Source: a virus. Taken from it: a stretch of DNA of 53,811 bases. The notes beneath the pieces were generated by a model that was not told the DNA's origin, did no database searches, and saw only the letters and a program-made list of their open reading frames with translations. Location: the IMG/VR virus record IMGVR_UViG_3300045051_000148. One strand, given 5' to 3'. The position numbers and the translations under genes were made by a program. Of the stretch, positions 14,639-23,435 are shown piece after piece. Position 1 is the stretch's first letter; each line of letters begins with the position of its first letter.

Positions 14639-17158
14639 TCAGGGTTGTGGGTTGATACCGGTGCCGGTGGACACCGCTACTTTTTCGCCAGAGGCAATTT
14701 CTGCTGCGGCCAGACGCATGGCCGTCACGTTGTCGGCCGTGTTCATCTCAACACGGGCGCTGATTTCGGCTGCGGTCCTCTGGTTTTCGGCAAACTCGCG
14801 CATCTGATCGGCCTGGAACTGCTCCGAGCGGGCCTGCTGCTTGTCGGCCAGCGCGGCGGCATCGGACTGAACCTTCTGTGCTGCCTTCTGCTGCTCGATC
14901 TGCAGGCGCTGCTGGTCGGTCTGTGCGCGCTGCTGCAGGGCAAGTTGCTGCACCTGCGCGTTGAGCTGCGCAATCTCCATGCTTTTGTCCTGCGGCATCT
15001 GAGGTGGCTGAGGGGCAAACTGCTGGGCCATCTGATCGATCTGGGCCAGCTCCTTGGAAAACTGCGCCAGCTGCTGCTCGATGATCTGCTGCACGCGCAC
15101 GATGACCTTGACCTGCTGCTCGGCGTCGTCGGTGATCAAATGCTCGCGCTCGGCGCGCTGCACGGCCTCGTGGGCTTGCGTCAGGTAGAAGTTCAACAGG
15201 TGGTCGCGCAGGTGCTGCGCCATCGGGTAGATGTAGGTCTTGACGATGGCCGGGTTCATGCCAAACACCGGCGACTTCAAGAACGCCAAGTGCGTCTGGA
15301 TGTGCGCCACGTGGTCCTGCTTGGGCAGCACGTAGACCGGGCGGCCCATCGAGGCGGCCACGTTCTCGCTAACCGGGTCGACGTCGTCCTGACCAGGCTG
15401 AGGCTGCAGCACGTCGTCCGGGCTGAGCTTGAGGTTGCGCAGGAACATTTCCTCGACCTTGCGCAGGTCGTACATCTGCGGCATGGCAGATGCACGGGCC
15501 TGCACGGCCTGGACCTGGGCGAAGCGCTGCGCCTCGCTGAAGATGGCCGGGTCGGACACGGGCACAACGTCCATCGGGCCGTCGAAGTCCTCGGGCTTCA
15601 CATCCAGGCCGTTTTCCATGGCCTCGATGTCTTCTTCGGTCAGGTACGCGCTGTTGATGCGGTGCAGGATGGCAAACACGCGTGCCATGCTGTTGTGCAG
15701 GCGCGAGTGGATGGAGCTGAACACCACCATGCCCTGCTCGATGAGCGCCAGGGTCGTGCCCACCGGGGCGTTGGGGTTTTGGTCGGACAGCTTCTCAAAC
15801 GAGGTCTGCACCACGCCCTTGCCCGCGTCCACCAGGAAGCCGAGCAGCTGGAACAGCGTGGGGCTTGGGCCGTTGAACGGCAGGGCCATGGCCAGCTTGC
15901 GAATGTCGTCGACCAGAGCTCCGCCCTCAATCTCGACCACCTCGGTCGGCTGCAGGTTGATCGTCTGGCCGCCAGGGCCGCCCTTGAGTTTCAAAAGCGT
16001 CGGGATGTTTTGGATGTGGGCCGAGTCCAGCAACGCACGCAGCGCGCCAGTGGCTGCGCCCGACAAGCCGCCGATCATGTGGGTCAGGCCAATCGGGTAC
16101 GCGCCGCGCCAAGGCACGAACGGGAACTCGACAATCCAGTCCAGCTCCTTGCGGCGCTGGTCCTCTGGCTCCCAGTTGCGGTACAGCGAGAGCGCCTTGC
16201 GCGTGGACTTGTCGATGCTGATGATGTACGGCTCCATGCCGTCACCAAAGTCCAGGTGGGTGTAAATCTCGAAGATGGTCCGCAGGCCGTCCTCGTTGTA
16301 GCTGGTGTCCTCGCGGCCCTCGATCTTGTCGTTGGCGATCGTGGCCTTGCTGAACTCGACCTGATCGGGCGAGCCCAGGTCCACCTCGGTGTACATGCCC
16401 GCCTTCATGCGGCGGTTGAACTCGGCCTTGGTGACGTACTGCACGTGCGTCTTGCGCTCGGCCGAGTAAAAGTTGGTGGCCGCAAACGGCAGGTAAATGT
16501 CGTCGATGGCGATGAACTCGGCCGTCGGGCGCTTCCACTGCGGGGACCACATGAGCTTGAGGTACTGGCCGCCACCCAGGGGGAGTTGGGTGGACAGCTG
16601 CTCCAGCTCGCCGCGCAGCTCGGGCATTTGCTGCGTGGTCTGCCAATTCATGAACTCGGCCTTGCGGCGGGCCTTTTCCAGCTTCTCGGGCTCAGCCTCG
16701 CCCAGAATCTTGGACTTGACCGGGCCGGAGGGCGGGAAAACCTCCTTCATGAATCGTGCGCTGAAATCGACACAGGCCTCGACCAGCATCGGGTGCACCA
16801 CCTTGTTGGCTCCCGAGAACTGAGCACCGCCGGGTGCATCGTCGCCCAGGCCGGTGCGGCGCAGGCCTTCCTCGTAGAGCTTGTCGCGCTTGGAGCGGGC
16901 GTCCTTGTCGCGCTCGATCTTGTCGAGCAGGTCAACGACCGCGTCGGACAGCATGCTGCGATCGACCTCGTCGACGATGTTGGCAAAGTGAGCCTTCTTG
17001 TCGGCCACATCCTGCTCGTTCTTCATGCGGATGACCGCGCCACCGTCCTCGGTATCTTCAACCTCCAGATCGTCGTCGGGCATGGAGACGGTTTCGCCTC
17101 GCTGCTCATCGTCGCTTGGGTTCTCGTCTTCGCCGTCGTTCAGGAGTTGGTCAGCCAT
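14639..17158 (-). CDS. Portal protein (long, with C-terminal Q-rich helical extension)
   Basis: 839 aa. Acidic N-terminus, conserved-looking core and a long C-terminal coiled coil (QQLAQFSKELAQIDQMAQQF...QQRLQIEQQKAAQK) reminiscent of P22-type portal barrels. Lies in the packaging/head module. Confidence 0.75.
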   Translation of the reverse strand: MADQLLNDGEDENPSDDEQRGETVSMPDDDLEVEDTEDGGAVIRMKNEQDVADKKAHFANIVDEVDRSMLSDAVVDLLDKIERDKDARSKRDKLYEEGLRRTGLGDDAPGGAQFSGANKVVHPMLVEACVDFSARFMKEVFPPSGPVKSKILGEAEPEKLEKARRKAEFMNWQTTQQMPELRGELEQLSTQLPLGGGQYLKLMWSPQWKRPTAEFIAIDDIYLPFAATNFYSAERKTHVQYVTKAEFNRRMKAGMYTEVDLGSPDQVEFSKATIANDKIEGREDTSYNEDGLRTIFEIYTHLDFGDGMEPYIISIDKSTRKALSLYRNWEPEDQRRKELDWIVEFPFVPWRGAYPIGLTHMIGGLSGAATGALRALLDSAHIQNIPTLLKLKGGPGGQTINLQPTEVVEIEGGALVDDIRKLAMALPFNGPSPTLFQLLGFLVDAGKGVVQTSFEKLSDQNPNAPVGTTLALIEQGMVVFSSIHSRLHNSMARVFAILHRINSAYLTEEDIEAMENGLDVKPEDFDGPMDVVPVSDPAIFSEAQRFAQVQAVQARASAMPQMYDLRKVEEMFLRNLKLSPDDVLQPQPGQDDVDPVSENVAASMGRPVYVLPKQDHVAHIQTHLAFLKSPVFGMNPAIVKTYIYPMAQHLRDHLLNFYLTQAHEAVQRAEREHLITDDAEQQVKVIVRVQQIIEQQLAQFSKELAQIDQMAQQFAPQPPQMPQDKSMEIAQLNAQVQQLALQQRAQTDQQRLQIEQQKAAQKVQSDAAALADKQQARSEQFQADQMREFAENQRTAAEISARVEMNTADNVTAMRLAAAEIASGEKVAVSTGTGINPQP

Positions 17159-17162
17159 GTGT

Positions 17163-19334
17163 TCAGCCCGCGTTCATTGCGTGGAGCTCGTCCACGATGG
17201 ACCCGATTCTAGCCGGGTCAAAGTCGTCTGTGTGGAAATTCGCACCGGACACCAGGCCGCCGGATGCGAAGCCTTCCGCGTTCTTGCGAACGATGTCCTT
17301 GTACTCGTCCTCGGTGACGAACCGCTGGCCGCCGCGCATCTCGGCTGGCACGCCCATCTGCTGGAGATCAACAAGGCCCGTGTTTTTCAGGTCGCCGACG
17401 TTGCTCCAGTTTTGGCTGCGCACAAAGTCATGAACCATTGGAAGCAAATGCGCATCTGGATTATCTTTGTAACCGGTACCGGCATGTCGAATTTTTTGTC
17501 CAGGGTCTTTTTTTCCGGAACCTTTGATTTGAACGATCTCATGAGGAAGACTGCGAACCCACTCCGCATATTCAGGTGTTGCCTCAATGTCTGAAATAAG
17601 CAAATCTTGAGATGCAATTTTGCTTGACTTTGGATAAAGCTTTTGAGCCTCTTTTTCAAGATCAAGATTTTTTGATGCCAAATACTGATACACGGAACCT
17701 TCACCAGGTCGCACCTCGATCGTCACGTGCGGCTGGCCCTTCTTGTCGCGCAGGCTGAAAATCTTGGATCTGCCTTCGATCACATCCGGGCAGTAGCCGC
17801 CGACGCAGTGGCCCATGGTCTCGCCCTCGTACTTGAGCGCGTCCTCCAGGGCTTTGTAGGACTCGTCCATTTCGACCTTCTTCTTCCGATTAAAGTCGGT
17901 CATCAGGTTGCGCACAAAGTCGTTGAACTCCGGAGTGCCTTCGTCAAATCCCTCGTCAAATGCCATGTCCTCAGCCACTTCGCGCATCTGACGCTGGTCC
18001 ATGTCCGGAGGTAAATCCATCTCGGATTTCTCGACGGTGATCTTGCGTCCAGTTTCCTTGGGTGCTTTGAGCTCGACCCATTTGAAGCCCTGCTCGGGGT
18101 ACTCCTTGAAAACCTGCGTGGCCGGGCCCATGGCGCGGGCCATGTCAGCCTCGACCTTTTGGGCCGCGCGCCAGGCGTTGATGTCCGCCACGCGCTGAAC
18201 GGCCTGGGGCACCGTGACCTTCTCCAGGTCCTGGTACTTCCAGCGCAGGTTCTCGGGCAGGCCGGACGTTGGATTGATGGCGTTTTTCAGCTCGTCGACC
18301 AGGTGGCCAAAGCCAAGCATGCCCTGCCCTGCGGAGCCTTGCAGCATCTCGTACACCGGTGTCTCTGGAGGAACCTTGAGCAGCCAGGGGTTTTCCTTCA
18401 CGGTCTCCGGGTAGTAGCCGGTGATGTCCGATGCTTTGAGCGGGTTGATGAATGTGTCCGCCCGATCCTCCCAGGTCTTGGCCAGCGGCGACACGCCCAT
18501 GCCTTCCTCGGGAAATCCTGCCTCGCGGCGCGCGCGGGTGACGTTGTAGCCAGTGGGCAAAATCTCGGAGTGAATCGGGCCCTTCTCGGCCAGGGCTCGA
18601 ATGGGGTCCTCGGCGGTCCCCATCTCGTTTTTGATGTACTTGGCCAGCTTTGTGTCGAGCCAGCGGTTCATGGCCGCCTCAGACTCAAGTCGAGAGCGCT
18701 CGCGAGCAAAAAGCTCTGGATTTACTTCAACGCCAGCTTCAACATTTTGCGCATAAGCCGCATCAAGGTCGCGCAGTCGAGCGGCTGGGTCTTGTCCAAT
18801 GACTTTCACCCGCATCGGGGCAATCTCGCGCTCGATGCTGCCGGCCAGCCAGTTGCCGCCCTTGGGCTTGACCACCTGCGATCGGGATCCTGTGACCATG
18901 TCCTGCATCAGCTGCGCGCCGATGCCGCCACGCTCCATCACCTGTGGCACAACGCGCTCGGCCAGGCGTTCGCCAGCGCGGCCAGCAGCCATGGCGCCAC
19001 GTGTGGCGGTTTTGCCGGCCATCGCAGCGAGAGGCGTGACGTTCATCGCAACATCAGCAACGTCTGCAACCCGAGGATCAAGCCTGAAAGTGCCGATGCC
19101 ACCGGTGGCCACGTTGCCACCACGAATCAGGGCGCGCGGCCCGTAGTAAGAAACGTCCTCAGCAAGGGAGGCGGCGCCGGGTAGCGAAAGCAGCTCGTCA
19201 ACGCTGGTGCCGCCAAGCAGCGGAATGCGTGGATCGACCTGGTACTGGCCAGCAAGTTGTTGCAGTGAGCGCAAACCTCGCGCCAGTGCGCCCGTGTATG
19301 GGTTTTGAGGCGTTGCCCGGATGTTGTCAGCCAC
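17163..19334 (-). CDS. Large portal-adjacent protein with PcfJ-like domain (candidate packaged/ejected protein)
   Basis: 723 aa, GTG start with AAGGAG SD 7 nt upstream. The segment KYEGETMGHCVGGYCPDVIEGRSKIFSLRDKKGQPHVTIEV...IVQIKGSGKKDP resembles the PcfJ-like family (PF14284). Contains a low-GC in-frame patch at ~17430-17700. Confidence 0.75.
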   Translation of the reverse strand: MADNIRATPQNPYTGALARGLRSLQQLAGQYQVDPRIPLLGGTSVDELLSLPGAASLAEDVSYYGPRALIRGGNVATGGIGTFRLDPRVADVADVAMNVTPLAAMAGKTATRGAMAAGRAGERLAERVVPQVMERGGIGAQLMQDMVTGSRSQVVKPKGGNWLAGSIEREIAPMRVKVIGQDPAARLRDLDAAYAQNVEAGVEVNPELFARERSRLESEAAMNRWLDTKLAKYIKNEMGTAEDPIRALAEKGPIHSEILPTGYNVTRARREAGFPEEGMGVSPLAKTWEDRADTFINPLKASDITGYYPETVKENPWLLKVPPETPVYEMLQGSAGQGMLGFGHLVDELKNAINPTSGLPENLRWKYQDLEKVTVPQAVQRVADINAWRAAQKVEADMARAMGPATQVFKEYPEQGFKWVELKAPKETGRKITVEKSEMDLPPDMDQRQMREVAEDMAFDEGFDEGTPEFNDFVRNLMTDFNRKKKVEMDESYKALEDALKYEGETMGHCVGGYCPDVIEGRSKIFSLRDKKGQPHVTIEVRPGEGSVYQYLASKNLDLEKEAQKLYPKSSKIASQDLLISDIEATPEYAEWVRSLPHEIVQIKGSGKKDPGQKIRHAGTGYKDNPDAHLLPMVHDFVRSQNWSNVGDLKNTGLVDLQQMGVPAEMRGGQRFVTEDEYKDIVRKNAEGFASGGLVSGANFHTDDFDPARIGSIVDELHAMNAG

Positions 19335-20139
19335 AGCTGCACTCCTTCACGTGGTTGAGGGCGCCGCCGACGCGGCCGCCTTTCTGGAATTTCTTGGAGC
19401 GAAGCACCTCGACCGCTGGACCCTCGAGCCGGCGGAACAGCTCAGTGTCGGTTGCCTCGGGCGTTGGCGTGAGCTGCTTGTTGCCAAGCTGCAGCTCGTG
19501 GCGGCCAAGGCCCTGGCCAGAGCGGTACCGGAGCAGGGTCAGCGGGGAAACATCCTCGAGCAGCTCGCCCAGGTCGCCGCCGTAGTCGAAGTACTCGCGG
19601 AAAAGCGGGTCGTCCTGGATCGAGCGGAAGGTGCCCTTGCTGCCTGCGCGCTGCAGCTCGAAGCGCGCAGCGTCGAGCATCTTCGGGTCGAAAACCCGCT
19701 GCGGGTTGTCGGTGGCAAAAAAGTTGTACGAGGTGACACGGCGCATGCCGTCGCGCGTCGGTGGCACAGCAATCAGCGTGCGAACGTCGCGGCCAGTCCT
19801 GGTCGGCGGGTAGTTGGTGCTGTAGAAGCTGAAGTCTTGGCGGCTCGGGGCGGTCTCAAAGATCGAGAAGCCGGATCCGGGGTGCGTGTGGAAGTCCAGG
19901 ATGGCCGGACCACCAGGAGCGCGCACTGCCTGCCGAAGGTCGTAGGCGTTGGGCGTCACGCTGGACTCGGTGCCGCGTGTGATTGCCGACGCGCCGCCTT
20001 CGTTGGCCAGGCCAATGACCGAGTGCTCGCGCCCGGTCTGCGCTGTCTGGCGCAAGGCCTCGCGGATGACGTCGGCTTGCTGTGGTGCCTCACGCGCAAG
20101 AAGTGCGCGCAGCTTTGCGAGGACTGAAACTGGAGGCAT
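19327..20139 (-). CDS. JAB/MPN-like (JAMM-type) domain protein
   Basis: 270 aa. ILDFHTHPGSGFSIFETAPSRQD gives H84-x-H86 ... S99-x-x-D102 with a longer than canonical spacer, and upstream Glu candidates (E38/E47). Overlaps the next gene by 8 nt. Confidence 0.65.
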   Translation of the reverse strand: MPPVSVLAKLRALLAREAPQQADVIREALRQTAQTGREHSVIGLANEGGASAITRGTESSVTPNAYDLRQAVRAPGGPAILDFHTHPGSGFSIFETAPSRQDFSFYSTNYPPTRTGRDVRTLIAVPPTRDGMRRVTSYNFFATDNPQRVFDPKMLDAARFELQRAGSKGTFRSIQDDPLFREYFDYGGDLGELLEDVSPLTLLRYRSGQGLGRHELQLGNKQLTPTPEATDTELFRRLEGPAVEVLRSKKFQKGGRVGGALNHVKECSCG

Positions 20140-20142
20140 GAT

Positions 20143-20418
20143 TTACCACTTCACTTTGTTGGCCCAATAGGCCGCGCTCGACGGCCCCTTGGCGATGTTC
20201 TTGGCGTGGCGGGCCTTGAAGCTGTCCCGCTTGTCCTTCATGGCCTGGGACTCGCCGGCCTTGGGCTTGCCGGCGGTCTTGGCGCCCTGCTCGCCGAAGC
20301 GGATCACCTTCTCCTGGCCATCAAAGCAGGCTTTGACGATGTGGGACTTCTTCGGGTGGTCCGGGGTGCGTTTCGGCTGGTTGCAAGCCATCTCGGATTT
20401 CTTGGCGGTCTTTGTCAT
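20143..20418 (-). CDS. Small basic protein
   Basis: 91 aa. ...KKSHIVKACFDGQEKVIRFGEQG...RDSFKARHAKNIAKGPSSAAYWANKVKW looks like a conserved phage family whose name I cannot give with confidence. Confidence 0.7.
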   Translation of the reverse strand: MTKTAKKSEMACNQPKRTPDHPKKSHIVKACFDGQEKVIRFGEQGAKTAGKPKAGESQAMKDKRDSFKARHAKNIAKGPSSAAYWANKVKW

Positions 20419-20588
20419 TTCGACCTCCGCGCGGCGCGCATGTTGTCGACCAGGTTGGGGTAAGGTCGTCCGGCCTTCTCGGCTGCGCGCTTGGCGCTGG
20501 ACTTGGCGCTGGGGGAGAGAGCCTTGGGAGCGCCCAGGGAGGTGGGGCGCTTCTTGTCCCAGATGGGCTTGGGTGGCTTAGACGGCAT
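20415..20588 (-). CDS. Small basic protein
   Basis: The track ORF starts at TTG 20633, deep inside terL. I prefer ATG 20588 (57 aa, MPSKPPKPIWDKKRP...AGRPYPNLVDNMRAARRSK). ATGA overlap with the next gene. Confidence 0.5.
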   Translation of the reverse strand: MPSKPPKPIWDKKRPTSLGAPKALSPSAKSSAKRAAEKAGRPYPNLVDNMRAARRSK

Positions 20589-22158
20589 ACGGGTTGACCT
20601 TTCCTTCACGACGATGGGGCCGATCTTCGTCAACGTCGCGTGCCTGTGGCAGCTCGAACCAGCCGTCGTTCTTCAGGTAGATGACCGCCTGCGTGAAGGT
20701 GTCCACGTAGTCGTCATGTTCCGCGACGGGGAACTTCGCCACTTGGGTCAGGAACGGCTGGGCCCAGCTCACAGGCTGGCCGGGGTTCTTGGCAGACTCC
20801 GGGATCCACAGCAGTCCAAGCTCCAACGTCGGCGCGGTCTGGTGCGCCCTCGACACCTTGTCCGCTTGGCCCGGATTGTAGCCAACGGCCGGCACCTTGG
20901 CCAGACGCAGGTCCTGCAGCAGCGATTGGCCACTGGCCTTGGCCTCGACCAGGATGCGGTCGGGCTTCCTTCCCTTGGTCGGCATCCCAGCCTTGGCCGA
21001 CTTGTCCGCCCCGTACTCGCTGGTCCAGTCGCGGATCACCTTGGAGCGCAGGTCGGGGTAGCCCAGGTGCTCGTCCCAGGCGTCGAGCAGCATGGCGTTG
21101 CGCAGGCCTCGGTGCGTGAACACGCCCCAGACCGTGCAGGCCGTCGGGTCGCCCGTGGTCCGCTCGGTGAAGGCGCAGTCGTAGCTTTGCAGGATGTACT
21201 CAAAGGGCGGCAGGCGCTGGGCCACCGGCCAGAGGTTGAAGCAGTCGGCCTTCAGGATGCCGCCCTCGGCGGGCGACGGCTCTTGCTGCAGCTGGCCAGC
21301 GGTGCCGTAGGTGCCCAGCAGCTGCTTGAGCTTGGTGATCTCGGCCTCGCCGAAGCGGTCGGGGCAGATCAGCTCGCCCTTGGTGCGGCGCGGGTCGTAG
21401 GGCCCGAGCACCGTCCTGCGCTGTTTGCCGTCCCACTCGGCCGGGATGCAGATGTGCTCCCAGCCTTTGATGTCGTTGAGGATGTGCCCGCTGATGTCCT
21501 TCTCGTGCAGGCGCTGCATGACCGTCACCATGGCGTCGGTCTTGGGGTTGTTCAGACGCGTGGACCAAACCATGTCGAACCACTCGAGCGCGCTCTCGCG
21601 CATGGTCTCGGACTGCGCGTCCTGTGCGCCGTGCGGGTCGTCCAGGATCAGGCGCGAGCCGCCCTCACCGGTTGCGGTACCGCCCACCGAGGTGGCCAGC
21701 CGGTAGCCGGTCTTGTTGTTCTCGAATCGCTGCTTGGCGTTTTGGTCCCCGGCCAGCTGGAACATGTGCCCCCAGCGCTCCTGGTACCAGGGCGACTGGA
21801 TCAGCCGCCGGGCCTTGAGGTTGTCTCGGATGGACAGCGTGCCGGAGTAGGACGCGGCGAGGAACTTCTGCTCGGGCGAGGTCAGCCACTCCCAGCAGCA
21901 CCAAGCCACCGAAACGATGGTGGACTTGGAGTGGCGCGGCGGGATGTTGATGAGCAGGCGCTGAATCTCGCCGAAGCTGACGGCCTCCAGGTGCTCGCAG
22001 ATCAGCTCGATGTGCCAGCTGGGCACAAACGGGACGCCGGGCTCCATGACGTGCCAAGCCTGTTTGACGAACTCGTACAGGCTGGCGCTGGCGCGGCGGC
22101 GGTCCTGTTCCTTGGCGATCAGGTCCAGCATGACGGCGGGGGAGACGGGTGCGTTCAT
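20578..22158 (-). CDS. terL: Terminase large subunit
   Basis: 526 aa. Walker A-like INIPPRHSKST, Walker B LILDDPH, ATPase coupling and nuclease-half character typical of Terminase_6-type TerL. Confidence 0.93.
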   Translation of the reverse strand: MNAPVSPAVMLDLIAKEQDRRRASASLYEFVKQAWHVMEPGVPFVPSWHIELICEHLEAVSFGEIQRLLINIPPRHSKSTIVSVAWCCWEWLTSPEQKFLAASYSGTLSIRDNLKARRLIQSPWYQERWGHMFQLAGDQNAKQRFENNKTGYRLATSVGGTATGEGGSRLILDDPHGAQDAQSETMRESALEWFDMVWSTRLNNPKTDAMVTVMQRLHEKDISGHILNDIKGWEHICIPAEWDGKQRRTVLGPYDPRRTKGELICPDRFGEAEITKLKQLLGTYGTAGQLQQEPSPAEGGILKADCFNLWPVAQRLPPFEYILQSYDCAFTERTTGDPTACTVWGVFTHRGLRNAMLLDAWDEHLGYPDLRSKVIRDWTSEYGADKSAKAGMPTKGRKPDRILVEAKASGQSLLQDLRLAKVPAVGYNPGQADKVSRAHQTAPTLELGLLWIPESAKNPGQPVSWAQPFLTQVAKFPVAEHDDYVDTFTQAVIYLKNDGWFELPQARDVDEDRPHRREGKVNPYAV

Positions 22159-22352
22159 TGCAGCCGAATCTCCCCACGCTCGAGCTTGTCGCGCTGGTCC
22201 ATGGCGTTGTGCAGGATCACGTCCGGGTGTTCCTCATGCACCCTTGGGTGACACCAGCAAGCACGGCTGACCTCGTGCTCCTTGAAGTCCCCGAGCGGGA
22301 TGATGTGGCAAAGCGCCTGTTCATCGCCCGGGTAAACCGCTGAGGCAGTCAT
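22155..22352 (-). CDS. Small Cys/His-rich protein
   Basis: Trimmed to ATG 22352. ATGA overlaps on both sides. 65 aa, ...LCHIIPLGDFKEHEVSRACWCHPRVHEEHPDVILHNAMD... Confidence 0.6.
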   Translation of the reverse strand: MTASAVYPGDEQALCHIIPLGDFKEHEVSRACWCHPRVHEEHPDVILHNAMDQRDKLERGEIRLQ

Positions 22353-22624
22353 GCGGCGTTGATCGCCTCTTGCAGCAGACGCACGGCGTCGAGCTGGGCG
22401 TTGACCACCACCGAGTTGGCGTGGCCAGTTTCGCTCAGCGCCATGCCCTGGGCCGTGCACTGCTCGCCGAAGGCGTCCAGCAAAGCCAGAATGCGGGCGC
22501 GTTCAAAGGCGATCATGTCCTCGCCGTGCTGGCGCACCAGGTCCTCAGGGAACAAGGCCTGAAAGCGACCGTCGTGGTCAAGCAGGGCGGGCAGGGGGGA
22601 CTCGGGGAGGGTGGGTTTGTTCAT
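22349..22624 (-). CDS. Hypothetical protein
   Basis: Trimmed to ATG 22624 (ATGA overlap). 91 aa, helical. Confidence 0.6.
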   Translation of the reverse strand: MNKPTLPESPLPALLDHDGRFQALFPEDLVRQHGEDMIAFERARILALLDAFGEQCTAQGMALSETGHANSVVVNAQLDAVRLLQEAINAA

Positions 22625-22929
22625 TGCGGGGTCTCGGTTGGTTGTGTGGTGGGGATGCCCATGGCCAGAACATCGGCGTACTCTTTGGCGCTCATGCCTG
22701 CGCCGTCGTCGTTGCGCATCCATTCGATGATGCGCTGGCGCTCAGCCACACCAGCGTCCAGTGCGGACTGCTCGATGGCGGCTTGGATGCGGGGTGCAAT
22801 TTGCGCCATCGCTGCCTGCACCTGTTGCTTGCCGTAAGCCTCGAGCAAGACCTGGGCAGCCGCATCGCCTTCGCAGGCGCGGATCTTCATAGTGGTGAAG
22901 AACGGGTCCATAGGTTCGGTGGTGCTCAT
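22621..22929 (-). CDS. Hypothetical protein
   Basis: The track start is TTG 22932. ATG 22929 overlaps the terS stop by 1 nt (TGATG). 102 aa. Confidence 0.6.
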   Translation of the reverse strand: MSTTEPMDPFFTTMKIRACEGDAAAQVLLEAYGKQQVQAAMAQIAPRIQAAIEQSALDAGVAERQRIIEWMRNDDGAGMSAKEYADVLAMGIPTTQPTETPQ

Positions 22930-23393
22930 CAATCGCTCCCGTTGGCTTTTTGCAACAGCGCCTGCATCTGCGCCAGCTCGGTGTCGTTGAGGCCCTTGAG
23001 GTCAACGCTGGAGACCGCAATCGCGCCGCCGTCCTTGCCGGTGTGCTCGTGCTTTTGGGTCTCGGACCACTTCATCTGGGTTTTGGTCCACCAGATCATG
23101 GCCGTCGTGTCGCCGCTCGTCGCCTTCTGGAACAAGGTGCGCCCGACCTGGCTGTTCGCCTTGGCCTTGCCGCTGAGCAGCTCCTCGGCAAAGTGCGTCG
23201 TCAGGGTCTCAGCGCTGATGCCATTGCGCACCAGGATGGCGATTTGCTCAAGCGGCAGGCCGTAGCCCGACATGGCTTCCACCTGCTTTCGCTCGGTTTC
23301 CGTGGGTTCAAATGCAGGTCGGCCAGCCCCAGGACGAGCCCCGCCGTTTTTGCCTGGTTTTTTTAAAACCGATTTTTCAGTCGCTTTTGTCAT
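22929..23393 (-). CDS. terS: Terminase small subunit (HTH type)
   Basis: 154 aa. N-terminal basic GARPGAGRP, HTH-like SGYGLPLEQIAILVRNGISAETLTTHF, then TTAMIWWTKTQMKWSE typical of many small terminases. CTGAAAGGAGC SD. Confidence 0.7.
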   Translation of the reverse strand: MTKATEKSVLKKPGKNGGARPGAGRPAFEPTETERKQVEAMSGYGLPLEQIAILVRNGISAETLTTHFAEELLSGKAKANSQVGRTLFQKATSGDTTAMIWWTKTQMKWSETQKHEHTGKDGGAIAVSSVDLKGLNDTELAQMQALLQKANGSD

Positions 23394-23435
23394 GAATCGC
23401 TCCTTTCAGTGCAGTGATTCGGTTGGTTTTGGTCA

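Noticed and set aside
14501-17212. 903-aa plus-strand ORF, the longest in the track
   Set aside because: It lies antisense to the portal gene. The sequence is Arg/Leu/Gly/His/Val-rich and low-complexity, typical of shadow frames in high-GC DNA. There is no SD or coupling context. The same reasoning rejects 20491..22251 (+, opposite terL), 24.. to 29.. kb plus-strand ORFs opposite the methylase/helicase, 39207..40181 and 39865..40791 (-, opposite recT), 33012..33923 (-) and the many 60-350-aa overlapping ORFs in the track.
22155-22352. HNH endonuclease next to terL
   Set aside because: The Cys/His pattern is suggestive, but the canonical HNH spacing (H-N...N...H with flanking CxxC pairs) is not present. 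It is kept only as a Cys/His-rich small protein.
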